Shown: piece after piece, positions 39,001-55,275 of the stretch
Numbering within the stretch: position 1 is the first letter of the stretch
Layout: every line of letters starts with the position of its first letter
Assembly (NCBI RefSeq): GCF_009914755.1
Contig: NC_060932.1
Strand: one strand, 5' to 3'
Source: the human T2T-CHM13v2.0 reference genome, Homo sapiens
Length of the DNA: 64,000 nucleotides
The notes under the pieces: model-generated
The model's database searches: none
What the model was told of the DNA's origin: nothing
The model's input: only the letters and a program-made list of their open reading frames with translations
Made by a program: the position numbers and the translations under genes

Positions 39001-40384
39001 AAAAAACAGAAAGTGATAAAAGTTGTAGTCATTGGTGGTAACGGTGGTACCACAGCAGTACGGAAATAAAGAATGCATTCTCAATTCAGCCCTAGAGCTG
39101 TCTATTTTTTACTACATTATGTTGCCTTTCAAAGCTCCTCAGTGACCTTACCAGCATTTTTTAAAAGATTTATTAAAGACAGGCCAAGAAACAGACAGAT
39201 TAAAAACATTGTTTCAGTGATGCTGAGACAACCTATTGGTTCTATCAATTAGTCCTATCAATAGACATAACTGACCACTGTTTGTTTAATAAAAAACTCG
39301 GTCAATCTTGTATTTAGATCCCTGATTTAGTGCTCTCAATGAAATAACTTTCTGCCTTACTAACTTTTCTCATTTTGTCCCATTGTCATTGAAGCTTTAA
39401 ATACCACTTACATATTTCATCCGCAGTAGGGAGGCTTAATAAGGGCCCATCTCAAGTATTTCTGTTATCTTGGTTGCCAATAGACCCTATTGTTAAACAT
39501 TCTGCTTAAGCTGATAGGCTTTCTTTTTATCTTACTTAACAGTTCCTGGAAGGGAAAAAAGAAACAAAACAAAACCAGGGTTCTTTTTAAAACTAAAGAT
39601 TCCTGGGCACCACCTAGGCCCTATTGAATTAGAATCTATTGTGGTAGAACTGAACATCTGCCTATTAATAATTATCTCATGTTAGTCCTATGCTCCTACA
39701 CATATATTTCACCTTCAACCTTCTCTGCTGCCTTTCCTAGGTATTTACAGTAGCCCCAGCTGCATTAGGGACAGTAATCAATAGTCAGTCCCCTTATCTA
39801 AAGAGCATTGCAAAGTCCTTTGCCTCAACTAAAATAAAAATAAATATTAAAACAAACAATGAAGTAAAGCCTGATACATAATTCTTTACTAAGAATCCAC
39901 ATTCACTAACAGACAAAAGCCTCATCAGTACCTGTCTGTGAGAACTACAGGATCAGGCTAGAAAACACAGGGAGGAAGTCCAGGTCATCTAAAACAGCAA
40001 GAGGCCAATTTCAAACTTTGTCAGCATTCTACCAAAGTGATGAGAATGACTTACTGGGCAAAGCTCAGCATTCCCATCTTGCTGAACATAGAAGAACTGA
40101 CTTCCAAGCACATTTTTCTGAGTCATTTTGTAAAGGTATACTTAGCTGAATTGAGATGCCTCATTCAGTGGATATCTTCACTTTTGAGTCAAGACTGTGG
40201 GCTCCAATCAGCACAACATTTGCCAGGTAGAACTGACCACAGTGACCACCTCATACTCTCACCAGGATAGTAAGCCTGATCCATAAACAGCCAAAGATCT
40301 TATGCCTTATTCGTAAACTGCCAAAGCTGTTTACATGTCATGCTAACTAGATTAAGAGTTCTTTGAAGGCAGAGACAATCTCTT

Positions 40385-40655
40385 AATTTTTTGGTAGTAA
40401 AATGTGCACAAAGTGAAATTTACCATTGTAATCATTCTTAAGTGTACATTTCTGTGGCACTAAGTGCTTTCACATTGTTGTGCAACCATCAACAACCATC
40501 TCCAGAACTTGTTTTATCTTGCAAAACTGAAACTTTGTCCATTAAACATTAACTCCCATTCTCTCTTCCCACTATTCCCTGGCAACCCCTATTCAACTTT
40601 ATGCCTTTATGATTTCGACTGCTTTAGGCACCTCATACAAGTGGAATCATACAGG
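40385..40655 (-). mobile_element. L1MB-like 3' end
   Basis: AAATTTACCATTGTAATCATTCTTAAGTGTACA..TTCACATTGTTGTGCAACCATCA..CATCTCCAGAAC. Confidence 0.8.
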
Positions 40656-41249
40656 CTTGGTTTTGCTCTTATTTTGTTTTGTATCCTTTACTTAATCAAG
40701 AACAATGACTTTTCTTTAAGAGACACTCAAAAAATATTTGTTGGTATAAACCATTTGGGTATTTGGGTTCTGCATGGAAAAGTCCTCAGTTCCAAAGTGC
40801 AAAATTGCATGTTCTTAAATGGGATACATGGGAAACATTGAGAAATCACACAAGCTTGAAGGGGAAGAAAAAAATAAAAAAAGAGAACACCCAAAACTTA
40901 CTGGATTCCATAGGGAACTGAGTCGAGTAATGTATGAATATATAATAATTAGTTAATCAAGTCATTAAATACCAATATTTATAGAATTCTTTTGTCAAAT
41001 AACTTGTCTACCATTTACAGTACCAAGTCTGCACACTGCGTTGTTCACGTCCCAATAAATTGTTTATGTGCCCATTGGTGTCTCTCTTGCCACTACCAAT
41101 GAGAACTCCTTCCACTGGCACTGAAATTACACATATCATCCAAAATTCCATCAGACCTTAAAGGAAACTGTACATAATGAAGGTTCATCGATCCTTTGCG
41201 GTTCCTTTAGCTAGAATTTGTTAAACTTAAACCGTTATATAATAAAATG

Positions 41250-42211
41250 TCAGGTAGTCATAAGTATTTTGAATATAAATTAAACCATGATTGAGGGGTT
41301 TAAACAAAGATACTATTTCAAAAAGTTTACCAAGGGGAAAGGCTTTACTCTGGGAGGTTACCTGTGAGAATAAATCTGAATGAGGTGAGGACAGCCACCC
41401 TGGTGAACTGGTAGGAGTCTATTTCAGTCAGAAGGAACAGAAATTTGAAAGGTCCTGAGACAGGAATATACTTAGAACCTTCCTGGAAAGAAGGCAAGTG
41501 AGCTAGAGCAAAGTGATGATGGGAGGGGAAATAGCAGAAGATTGGGATCAAAAAGGTTGTAGGAAACCATATTATATTATATTACATTATATTATATTAT
41601 AGTATAGTATATTACATTATATTATATTATATTATATTATATTATATTATATTATATTATATTAGCTTTTCAGGCATGACATTCATGATGTGTGAATTGG
41701 GATGTTATTGGAGAGTTAAAGAATAGGAGCCACATGATCTGATTATTTACCTGCCATGGTTGCCTTGCAGGGGTCAAGACTAGACACAGAGAGACCAGTG
41801 AGAAAAGGAATTCAGTTTGGTCTGAGTTGAGGATATTGGAAATGGTAAGCAGTGGTGAGACAAAGGATATATTCTGACAGTGATGCATATGCAATTTCAC
41901 TGGAAATGAGTGCTGAGGAAGAGAGAGGAATTTAGAGTGACTACTTTGATTCTCCCTGAGCAGCTCAATCAATTATAGTAAAATTTACTGCATTGGAGAA
42001 AATAGGGGCAGAAGGAGGATCGGAAATTTGCGGATGGGAACCAAGAAGTCAGTTTTGGACATGTCAAGATAGAGATTCCTATCTACATCTAAGTGGAGAA
42101 GTAGAGTATGAAGGAAGTTGACATAGCAGCATAGAGGTCAAGAGAAAGGTCAAACTAGATACATATTTGCCAGTCATCATCACATAAATAGTGTTTAAAG
42201 CTAAGGATCCA
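41250..42211 (-). mobile_element. L2 relic (host of the large nest; resumes at ~59694-59735)
   Basis: AGTCAGTTTTGGACATGTCAAG..ACATCTAAGTGGAGA..GTCATCATCACATAAATAGTGTTTAAAGC, continuing after the nest as GATGAGATCACATAGGGA. Confidence 0.75.
41569..41663. repeat. (ATATT)n pentanucleotide microsatellite
   Basis: Visible. Confidence 0.95.
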
Positions 42212-42623
42212 ATTTTAGACTGCCCCTGTCCCTCATTGGGGTCAGTGCTTGTGCCTGCCCTTGGGGGACCTGAGTGCACACTTTCCCAGCCCAGCCCCAT
42301 CTGACATCACCTCCTTCACCATGGAGGCAGAATATGAGATCAGGACCACTGAGTGTTCCATGGCCCAACCCAACACATGAAATGTCCTAGTACTTCTCCT
42401 GGTTAAAAAAGGTCAAGCATAAACCCGACTACTACTGTCAAACCTGTCTCCCACCTGAAAGCATCAGCTGTTATCCTGGAGGCCAACCCACATAGCCCAT
42501 TACAATATCTGCTGACACAAATGCACAGTGCTCAGAAAGGAGACAAGCTTTGCATGACTTCTGCCACTAGCATTCACCCATGCCACCCCAGCTACTCAAG
42601 AAGCCTTGTACCTATTCACCCAT
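42212..42623 (+). mobile_element. Old L1 5'UTR piece; probable 5' part of the L1PB4-like element that resumes at 53905
   Basis: C-rich L1M/L1PB-type 5'UTR-like sequence directly after the L2 breakpoint. Shared degenerate TSD AAGGATCCA (42203-42211) and AAATATCCA (59694-59702). Confidence 0.55.
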
Positions 42624-42732
42624 TGATATGGTTTGCATCTGTGTCCCTGACCAAATCTCATGTCAAATTGTAATTCTCAATGTTGGAGGTGGGGCCTGGT
42701 GGGAAGTGATTGGATCATGGGGGTGGATTCTC
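42624..42732 (+). mobile_element. MSTA LTR 5' fragment (truncated)
   Basis: TGATATGGTTTGCATCTGTGTCCC..GTTGGAGGTGGGGCCTGGTGGGAAGTGATTGGATCATGGGGG. Confidence 0.85.
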
Positions 42733-45561
42733 CTCCCAGACTCTCGTATCCATCCTTCACACTCTATGTGCATGAGTTCAATTACCCTGATTTTTAGATC
42801 CCACAAATAAAGGAGAACATGCAAAGTTTTTCTTTCTGTGCCTGGCTCATTTCACTTAACATAAAATCTCCAGTTTCATTTATATTTTTTGTAAATGACA
42901 GGCTTTCATTCTTTTGTATGGCTGAATAGTACTCCGTTGTGTATATGTATCAGTACTACATTTTCTTTATCCATTCATCTGTTCATGGACACTTAGGTTG
43001 ATTCCAAACCTTAGCTATTGTGAATAGTGCTACAACAAACATAGGAGTGTAGATATCTTTTCAACATACTGATTTCCTTTCTTTTTGTTATATCCCCAGC
43101 GGTGGGATTGCTGGATCATATGGCATCCCTATTGTTAGTTTTCTCAGAAACCTCCAAACTGTTCTCCATAGAATTTACATTTCCAGCAATAGTGCACAAG
43201 GGTTCCCTTTTCTCCACATCCTCTCCAGCATTTGTTATTTTCTGTCTTTTGGATATAAGCCATTTTAACTTGGGTGAGATAATATCTCATTGTAGTTTTT
43301 ATTTGCATATCTCTGATGATCAAGGATGTTGAGCACCTTTTCATATGCCTGTTTACCATTTGTATGTCATCTTTTGGAAAATGTCTATTCAAATCTTTTG
43401 CCCTTTTTTGATCAGATTATTAGAATTTTTCTTATAGGGTTCTTATTTAGCTCCTTATGTATTCTGGTTATTATTCCCTTATCAGATGGGTAGTTTGCAA
43501 ATATTTTCTCCCATTCTGTGGGTTGCCTGTTCACCTTGTTGATTGTATCCTTTCCTGTGCAGAAGCTTTTTAACTTGATATAATCCCATTTGTACATTTT
43601 TGCTTTGAGGTGTTGCTCAAAAATTTTGTATTTTGGGGTATTTTTGTTTCCAGGGTGTTGCTCAAAAAAATTTTGTCCAGACAAATGTCCTGCAGATTTT
43701 CCCCAATGTTGTATTTTAGTAGTTTCATAGATTGAGGTCTTAGATTTAAATCTTTAATCCATTTTGATTTGATTTTGTGTATAGTGAGAGATAGGGGCCT
43801 AGTTTCATTCATATATATATATGAATATCCAGTTTTCTCAGCACCATTTATTGAAGAGATTGTCTCTTCCTCCATGTATATGTTTGGCACCTTTGTGAAA
43901 ATGAGTTCACATAATTGTGTAGGTTTGTTTCTGGGCTCTCTATTCTGTTCCATTGGTCTATGTGTCTGTTTTTATGCCAGTACCATGCCATTTTCGTTAC
44001 TATAGTTCTATAGTATAACTTGAAGTCAGGTAATGTGATTCCTTCAGTTTTGTCCTTTTTTCCTAGGATAGTTTTGGCTATTCTGGGTCTTTTGTGGTTC
44101 CATATAAATTTTAGGATCTTTTTTCTCTTTCTGTGAAGAACGTAATTGGTATTTTGATAGGAGTTGCATTCAATCTGTGGGTTGCCTTTGGTAGTATGGA
44201 CATTTTAACAATATCGATTCTTCCAATCCATGAACATGGATTTTTTTCCATTTTTTGGTGTCCTCGTCAATTTCTTTCATCAGTGTTTTATAATTTTAAT
44301 CATAGTGATCTTTTATTTCTTTGGTTAATTCCTGGGTATTTAATTTTATCTGTGGCAAATGTAAATGGAATTACTTGTTTATTTCTTTTTCACATTGCTC
44401 ACTGTTGGCATGTAGAAATGCTACTGATTTCTGCATGCTGATTTTGTATCTTGCAAATTTATTGAATTTGTTTATTAATTCTAATAGTTTCCTTGTGCAG
44501 TTTTTAGGGTTTTCCAAACATAAGATCATATCATACATGAACAAGTATAATTTGACTTCTTCCATTCCAATTTGGATGCCCTTTATTTCTTTCTCTTTCC
44601 TGATTGCTCAAGCTAGAACTTCAATATTATTATATGTTGAACAACAATGGTGAAAATGAGCAACCTTGTCATGTTTCAGATCTTAGAAAAAAGGATTTTA
44701 GTTTTTCCCCATTCGGTATTATACTAGCTGTAGGTCTGTCATATATGGCTTTTATTATGTTGAGGTAAGTCCTTTCTATCCCCAGTTATTTTAGGGTTTT
44801 TATCATGAAGGAATGTTGAATTTTATCCAACAGTTTCTCAGCATCAATTGAAATGATTATATAGTTTTTAATCCTTTATTCTGCTATCCTATATTCCTGT
44901 GTTATAATGTATCAACGGAATGTTGATTTATTTGCACATGTTAAACTACTCTTACATTCTTGGGATAAACCCCACATAATCATGATGAATGATTTTTTAA
45001 TGTATTGTTCAACTTAGTTTGCCAGTATTTTGTTGAGGACATTTGCATCAACATTCATCAGATATATTGGCCTGAATTTTTCTTTTCTTATGTGTCCTTG
45101 TCGCATTTAATATCAGGGAAATACCAGCCTCATAGAATGAGTTTAGAAGTATTCCCTCCACCTGTATGTTAAGGAATATTTTGAGCAGGATTGGTAATAG
45201 TTATTCATTAAATGTTTGGTTGGATTCAGCAGTGAAGCCTTGGGGGCCCCAGCTTTTCCTTACTGGGAGACTTTTTATTATGGCTTCAGTCTTGTTACTT
45301 ATTTTGGTCTGTTCAGGTCTTGGAATTCTTCATGCTTCAATTTTGGTAGGTCGTATGTGTTTAGGAATTTGTTTCTTCTGGATTTAAATTTATTGGCATA
45401 TAGTTACCCATAGTAGCCACTAATGATCCTTCAAATTTTTGCAGTATTAGTTGTAATGTCTCCTTTTTTTCTGATTTTATTTCTGATTGTATTTATTTGA
45501 ATCTTTTCTCTTTTTTTTGTTAGTTACTCTGGCTAAGGGTTTGTCAATTTTGCTTAACTTA

Positions 45562-49101
<3,540 letters not shown>

Positions 49102-49574
49102 AAAAAACTTTTTACTTCATTAATCTTTTGTATTATTTTCTTCATTTCAAATTCATTTATATATGATCTGACATTTATTATTTCTTTTCTTCTACTAATT
49201 TTGGGTTTGGTTTGCTCTTAATTCTTCAAAATGATTCATAGATTGTTTTTTGACATTTTTCCTTTTTCTTGATGAAGGTACCGATAGCTGTAAATCTCTC
49301 TCATTTTAGTATTAGGATTGTATTTTGCTGTATTTCATAGTTTTTGGTACAGTGTGTTTCCATTGTCATTTTTTTTCAAGAAATTTTTCAATTTCTTTCA
49401 TACATTCTTTATCGAGACACTGGTCAGTTAGAAGCATATTGCTTAATTTCCATGTATTTGTATAGTTTCCAAAATTCCTTTTGAATTAATTTTTAGTTTT
49501 TTTTCCATTGTGGTCAGAGAAGATACTTGATATTTTCAATTTTTTTTGAATGTTTTAAGACTTGTTTTGTGACC

Positions 49575-49926
49575 TGATAGTGTGTCCCCACCCAAATCTC
49601 ATTTGAAATGTTAATTCTCATATCAGGGGACATACCTGGTGGCAGATGATTGGATCATAGGGGTGTTTCCTCCATGCTGTTCTTGTGATAGTGAGTGAGT
49701 TTTCACAAAAGCTGATGGTTTAAGTGTGGCATTCTCTGTCTCTCTCTGTCTCTCTCTCCTGTCACCATGTAAGACATGCTTTGCTTCCTCTTCGCTTTCC
49801 ACCATGATTATAAGCTCCTGAGGCCTCCCCAGCCATGTGGACTTGTAAGTCAATTAAACCTTTTTTCTTCATAAATTACCCAGTCTCAGGTAATTATTTA
49901 TAGCAGTGTGAAAACAGACTAATACA
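49575..49926 (+). mobile_element. MST/THE1-family solo LTR nested in L1MA
   Basis: TGTGTCCCCACCCAAATCTCAT...GAAAACAGACTAATACA. The L1 reads GTGACC..CTAACATATGG across it. Confidence 0.88.
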
Positions 49927-52900
49927 CTAACATATGGTCTATCCTTGAGAATGATCCTTGTGTTGAAGAGAAGAATGTACATTTTGCAGCTGTTGGATAA
50001 AATGTTCTGTAAATATTTATTAGGTCCATTTGATCTATAGTGTAGATTTCATCTGAAGTTTCTTTGTTGGTTTTCTGTTTGGAAGATCTGTCCAATGCTG
50101 AAAATGGGATATTGAAGTCTCCAGCTATTATTGTATTGGGGCCATTTCTCTCTCTAGCTCTAATAATATTTCATTTATATATCTGGGTGCTCCAATGTTG
50201 GGTGCATATAAATTTAAAATTATTATATTGTCTTGCTGAATTGATCCTCTAATCACTATAAAGTGACCTTCTTTGTCTCTTCTTATATTTTTTGTCTTGA
50301 AATCTATTTTGTCTAAGTATAGCTACTCCTGCTCTTTTTTGGTTTCCATTGGAATATTTTCTTCTATCCTGTTTGTTTTCAGTCTGTGCGTGTCTTTATA
50401 GATGAAGTGTGTTTCTTGTAGGTAATAGATCAATGGGTCTTATTTTTTCATCCATTCAGCCACTGTATGTATTTTGATTGGAGGTTTTACACCATTTACA
50501 TTCATTATTATTATGGATAAGTAAGGACTTACTCCTGCCATTTTGTTATTTGTTTTCTGATGGTTTTGTCTTCTTCTCTTCTTTCTTCCTCTCCTTGCTG
50601 TCTTCCTTTAGTAAAGGTGATTTTCTCTGGTACTATGGTTTAGTTCCTTTTCATTTTTTTGTATATCTATTTGCTTTCTGATTTGAAGTTACCACGAGAC
50701 TCGCAAATACTATCTTATAACCCATTATTTTAACCTGACAAGAACTTAACACTGCTTGCATAAAAAACAACAAAAAGAACCAAACAACCAAATAGAAAAC
50801 TAAGAAAAATTCTATGGCTTCTTTATCCCCCAACTTTCTGATTTTTGTTTGTTTCTATTTTTGTCTTATTGTACTGTCTATATCTTGGAAGGTTGTTATA
50901 GTAATTAGTTTGGATTGGTTCACTGTTTAGTCTTTCTACATAGGATGAGTAGCTTACACACCACAGTTGCAGTGTTATAATATTCTGTGTTTTTCTGTTT
51001 ACTTACTATTAACAGTGAGTTTTGTACTTTCAGGTGATTACTTATTGCTCATTTTAACATCCTTTTCTTTCTGAGTGAAGCACTCCCTTCAGCATTTCCT
51101 GTAGGACGTATCTGGTATTGGTGAAATTCCTCAGCTTTTGTTTGTCTGGGAAAGTATTTGTTTCTCCTTTGTGTTTGAAGGATAATTTTGCCAGATATAT
51201 TATTATTGGGTAAAAGGTTTTCTTCATTCAGCACTTTAAATATGTCATGACACTCTCTCCTGGCCTGTAAGGTTTCCACTGAAAAGTCTGCTGCCAAACA
51301 TATTGGAGCGCCATTGTATATTACTTGTTTCTTTTATCTCTCTGCTTCTAGTATCCTTGATATTTAGAAGTCTGATTATTCCATGTCTTGAGGTAGTCTT
51401 CTTTGGGTTAAATCTGCTTGGTGTTCTCTAACCTTCTTGTATTTGGATATTGACATCTTTCTCTAGGTTTGGGAAGTTCTCTGTTATTATCCCTTTGAAT
51501 AAACTTTCTATCCCTATGTCTTTATTTGCCTGCTTTTTAAGGCCAATAATTCTTATATTTGCCCTATTGAGGCTATTTTCTAGATCCTGTAGAAATTCTT
51601 CATTGTTTTTTATTTTCTCCTCTGTGTATTTTCAAATAGCCTGTCTTCAAGCTCACTAATTCTTTCCTCTGCTTAATCAATTACACTATTAAAAGGTTTT
51701 GATGCATTCTTCCGTATGACAATTGTATTTTTCAAGTACAGAATTTCTGCTTAATGCTTTTTAATTATCTTCATCTCTTTGTTAAATTGATCGGATAGAA
51801 TTCTGAATTCCTTCTCTGTGTTATCTTGAATTTCTTTGAGTTTCTTCACCACTGCTATTTTGAATTTTCTGTCTGAATGATGACTTTGAATTTTCTGTCT
51901 GAATGATCATTTACCTCTGTTTCTCCGGGATTGGTTCCTGGTGTCTTATTTACTTCATTTCATGAGGTCATGTTTTCCTGAATGATGTTGATGCTACTAG
52001 ATGTTCTTCGGTGTCTGGGCATTAAGTTAGGCATTTATTGTATTCTTCACTGTCTGGGATTGTTTTCAGCAGTCCTTCTTGGGAAGGCTTTCTAGATATT
52101 TGAAACAGCCTGGGTGTTGTGATCTAAGTTGTGTGTACTTTGAGGGGCAACCCAAGCCCAGTAACACCATGTTTCTTGCAGACCAGTAGAGGTACCACTT
52201 CAATGGTCTCGGACAGATCCCAGAGAATTCTCTGGACAACCAGGTAAAGAGCGTTACTTTCTCCCAAACCAGTGGAGTTTCTCTCTCTGCTCTGAGCCAC
52301 CAAAAGCTGGGGGTGGTGTGACACAAGAACTCCTGTGGCTACTACCACAATAAATGCACTAGGTCAGATCTGAAGCCTGCACAGCACTGGGTCTCACCCA
52401 AGGCCTGCTGTAACCACTCCCTAGCTACTGCCTATGTTCACTAAAGGCCCTGGAGCTCTACAATCAGCATGTGGTAAAACCAGCCAGGTCTGTGTCCTTC
52501 CCTTCAGGGTGGTGAGCTCCCTCAGTCCTGTATGTGTCCAGGGGTGCTGTCTAGGAGTCAGAAACTAGAGTCAAAAATCTTAGAAGTCTACCTGGTGTTC
52601 TATTGTACTGTGGCTGAGCTGGCACTCAAATCACAAGATGCAGTCCTTCCCGCTCTTCCCACCCCTTTTCAAAGACAGAGAAGCCTCACTCACAGCCACT
52701 GACACTACAGGCCACGGGGAGTTCTGCCAGCTCACCACCAATATTTCCTTAAGGCCCAAGTTCTCTTAAGTCTGCCTGTGATAAATGCTGCCTGGCCTGG
52801 GACTCACCCTTAAGGGGAGTGGGTTCCCCTTTGGCCCAGGGCAGGTCCAGAGATGCTATCCAAGAATCAAGTCCTGAAACTGGGGGCTGCAAGAGCCTGC

Positions 52901-54419
52901 TTGGTGCTCTACTCCCCTGTGGCCATGCTGGTACTTGAAGCTAGCAAATCTCAGAGGCTTACCCAAGCCCCTCAACGTAGTATCTGGGTATTGTTGCTGT
53001 TTGTGCAAGGACTAAGTTCTCTTCAATTAACAAGTAATGGATCCTGCCAGGACTGAATCCTTCCTTTCAAGGCAGCTGGTTCCCCTCTGGCCTAGGTTGT
53101 TTCTAGAAATGTGAAATGGGAATGAGAGCCTGCAACAGGGGCCTCATGACTCTAACCAGTGCCCTATCCTGCTGTGGTTGAACTGGTATCAATGATACAT
53201 GATAGAGTCCTCCTCTGTCTTCCCTTTGCTCTCCTCAAGTGGAAGGAAGGGGTCTCTTTTGGAGCTGCAAGCTGTGCAGCCTGGAGTTAGGGAAGGCGTG
53301 ATGCCATCCCAGCTGGTGTCTCAGTAGGTCACATGGCCCACCCCACCAATTCACTGCCTGTTTACCCAGTTCAGCACTAGGACACACCTAAGAATTTCAG
53401 TCCTTATGGCATAGACTGCTTTCAAGTTTACTTAGCAACCCAGAGTGCTTTGTCCCTTGGTGGCAAGGTTTGCAGAAACTGAAGTTTGGGCAACTGGCAC
53501 TGGTGACTCCCCTCTGGCTAGGACTGGTTTAAATGCTCCCTCTGTGGGTGGGCATCAGCCGAGTTTGGTAGGGTTTTTTTTTCCTGCTCTAACAGGACAG
53601 CACTGAGTTCAATGCCTCACACTTTCTGTTTTCTCCCCTCCCTGTGCCAAGAGATGCTCTCTACACCATGACATCAGTGCTGGGAGGTGGGGAAAGGCTG
53701 GTGTCAGCAATTCGAGACCTTTTTTTTCTATCTTTTTAATGCCTCTTTTAGTGATACTGACTTAAAATTGGGCTCTATGAGGGCCCACCTGATTTTTGGT
53801 TCCTATGAAGATGATTTTTTTTTTCTGTGTAGATAGTTGTTAAATTGGTATCTTTCTTGGGGGGCTGAAAGGTGCAGCCTTCTATTTCACCATCTTGCTC
53901 CACCAACTCAGAAGTCAAAGTATTCATTTTAAAGAAGCTAAATGAGATTTCAGAGAAATCTGAAAAACAATACAAAGATCATAAAATCAACTCAGGATAT
54001 GAACAAGAAATTTACCAAGGAAATTGATATCTTTAAGAAAAAACAAACAAAACTTTGGAAAATGAAAAAATTATTGAAAGAATCATAAAATACACTTGAA
54101 GGCTTCAATATTAGACTAGACCAAGCAGCAGAGAAAATTTCAGAAGTTAAAAACAGGTTTTTGCATTAATCCAGTCAGACAAAAATAAAGAAATTAGATT
54201 TTAAAAGAATGAACAGAATCATCAAGAATTATGGAAACTGCATAAAGCATAAAGTAACCAAACATAAAAATCCTTGGTATTCCTGAGAGAGAAGAAACAC
54301 AAAAAGTTGGAAACGCTTATCTGAGGAAATAATTGACAATAACTTCTCTAGTCTAAGAAGAGATTTAGACATGTTGATACAAGAAGCCCGCTAAACACCA
54401 GGTCAATACATTGCAAGAT

Positions 54420-54714
54420 TTTTTTTTTCTTTTTTGATGGAATCTCACTCTGTTACCCAGGCTGGAGTGCAATGGCACTATCTCAGCTCACTGCAATCTC
54501 CGCATCATCCCAGTTTCAAGTGATTCTCCTGCCTCAGCCTCCTGAGTAGCTGGGATTACAGGTGTCCACCACCATGCCCAGCTAGTTTTTGTATTTTTAG
54601 TAGAGGCAGGGTTTCACTGTGTTGGCCAAGCTGGTCTCAAACTCCTGACCTCGTGATCTACCCTCCTTGGCCTCTCAAAGTGCTGGGATTATGGGGTGAG
54701 CCACTGCACCCAGC
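54420..54714 (-). mobile_element. AluS (Sg-like)
   Basis: Antisense dimeric Alu with T tail. TSD TGCAAGAT at 54412-54419 and 54715-54722. Confidence 0.92.
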
Positions 54715-54937
54715 TGCAAGATGGATTTTATCATGATACACACTTTAGAGAGTTGACTGTCTAAAGTCAGGATGAAGGAGGAAATCCTAAAATCAGTAAA
54801 AGAAAAGCATCTTCTCTGCTCATCTATAAAGGAAATCTCAAAAGATTAACAGTGGAGTTCTCAGCAGAAAACTTACAAGCCAGAAGAGATTAGGATCCTA
54901 TTTTCAGGGTGCTTAAAGAACAAAATTTAACCACAAA

Positions 54938-55275
54938 TTTTTTTTTACCTTTTTTTAAAACTTCAACAAATTGCCTTCTATCCATCCCTATATATATATT
55001 TTCACTTGTTGTCTGTAACATAATAATGAAAAATGCAATCTTGCATTGATCTTGTTTTAAAGGGAGGCATGTGGATGTCCAGGCAGGTAAGGTCACACTG
55101 GAAACTCACCTGCCTGGTGCAAGGCCACCCTCTCCAGTAAAGGCCAGGGGAAACCCAGGGCATCTGCACAGCAATGCATTTATCAGTGCATAACCATTTT
55201 CTAATAAGAAATGTGTCATGTTAAATTGCTTGTTTAAACAGTTTGAAAAGCTTTCTAAAAAAATCTGACTCTGAT
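54938..55275 (-). other. Unidentified ~340-bp insert within L1 ORF1 (possible orphan retroposed fragment)
   Basis: L1 ORF1 sequence GCTTAAAGAACAAAA..ACAAATTTT is interrupted and resumes at ACAATTTTATATCC. T runs sit at the left end and the interior is not L1-like. Confidence 0.55.
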
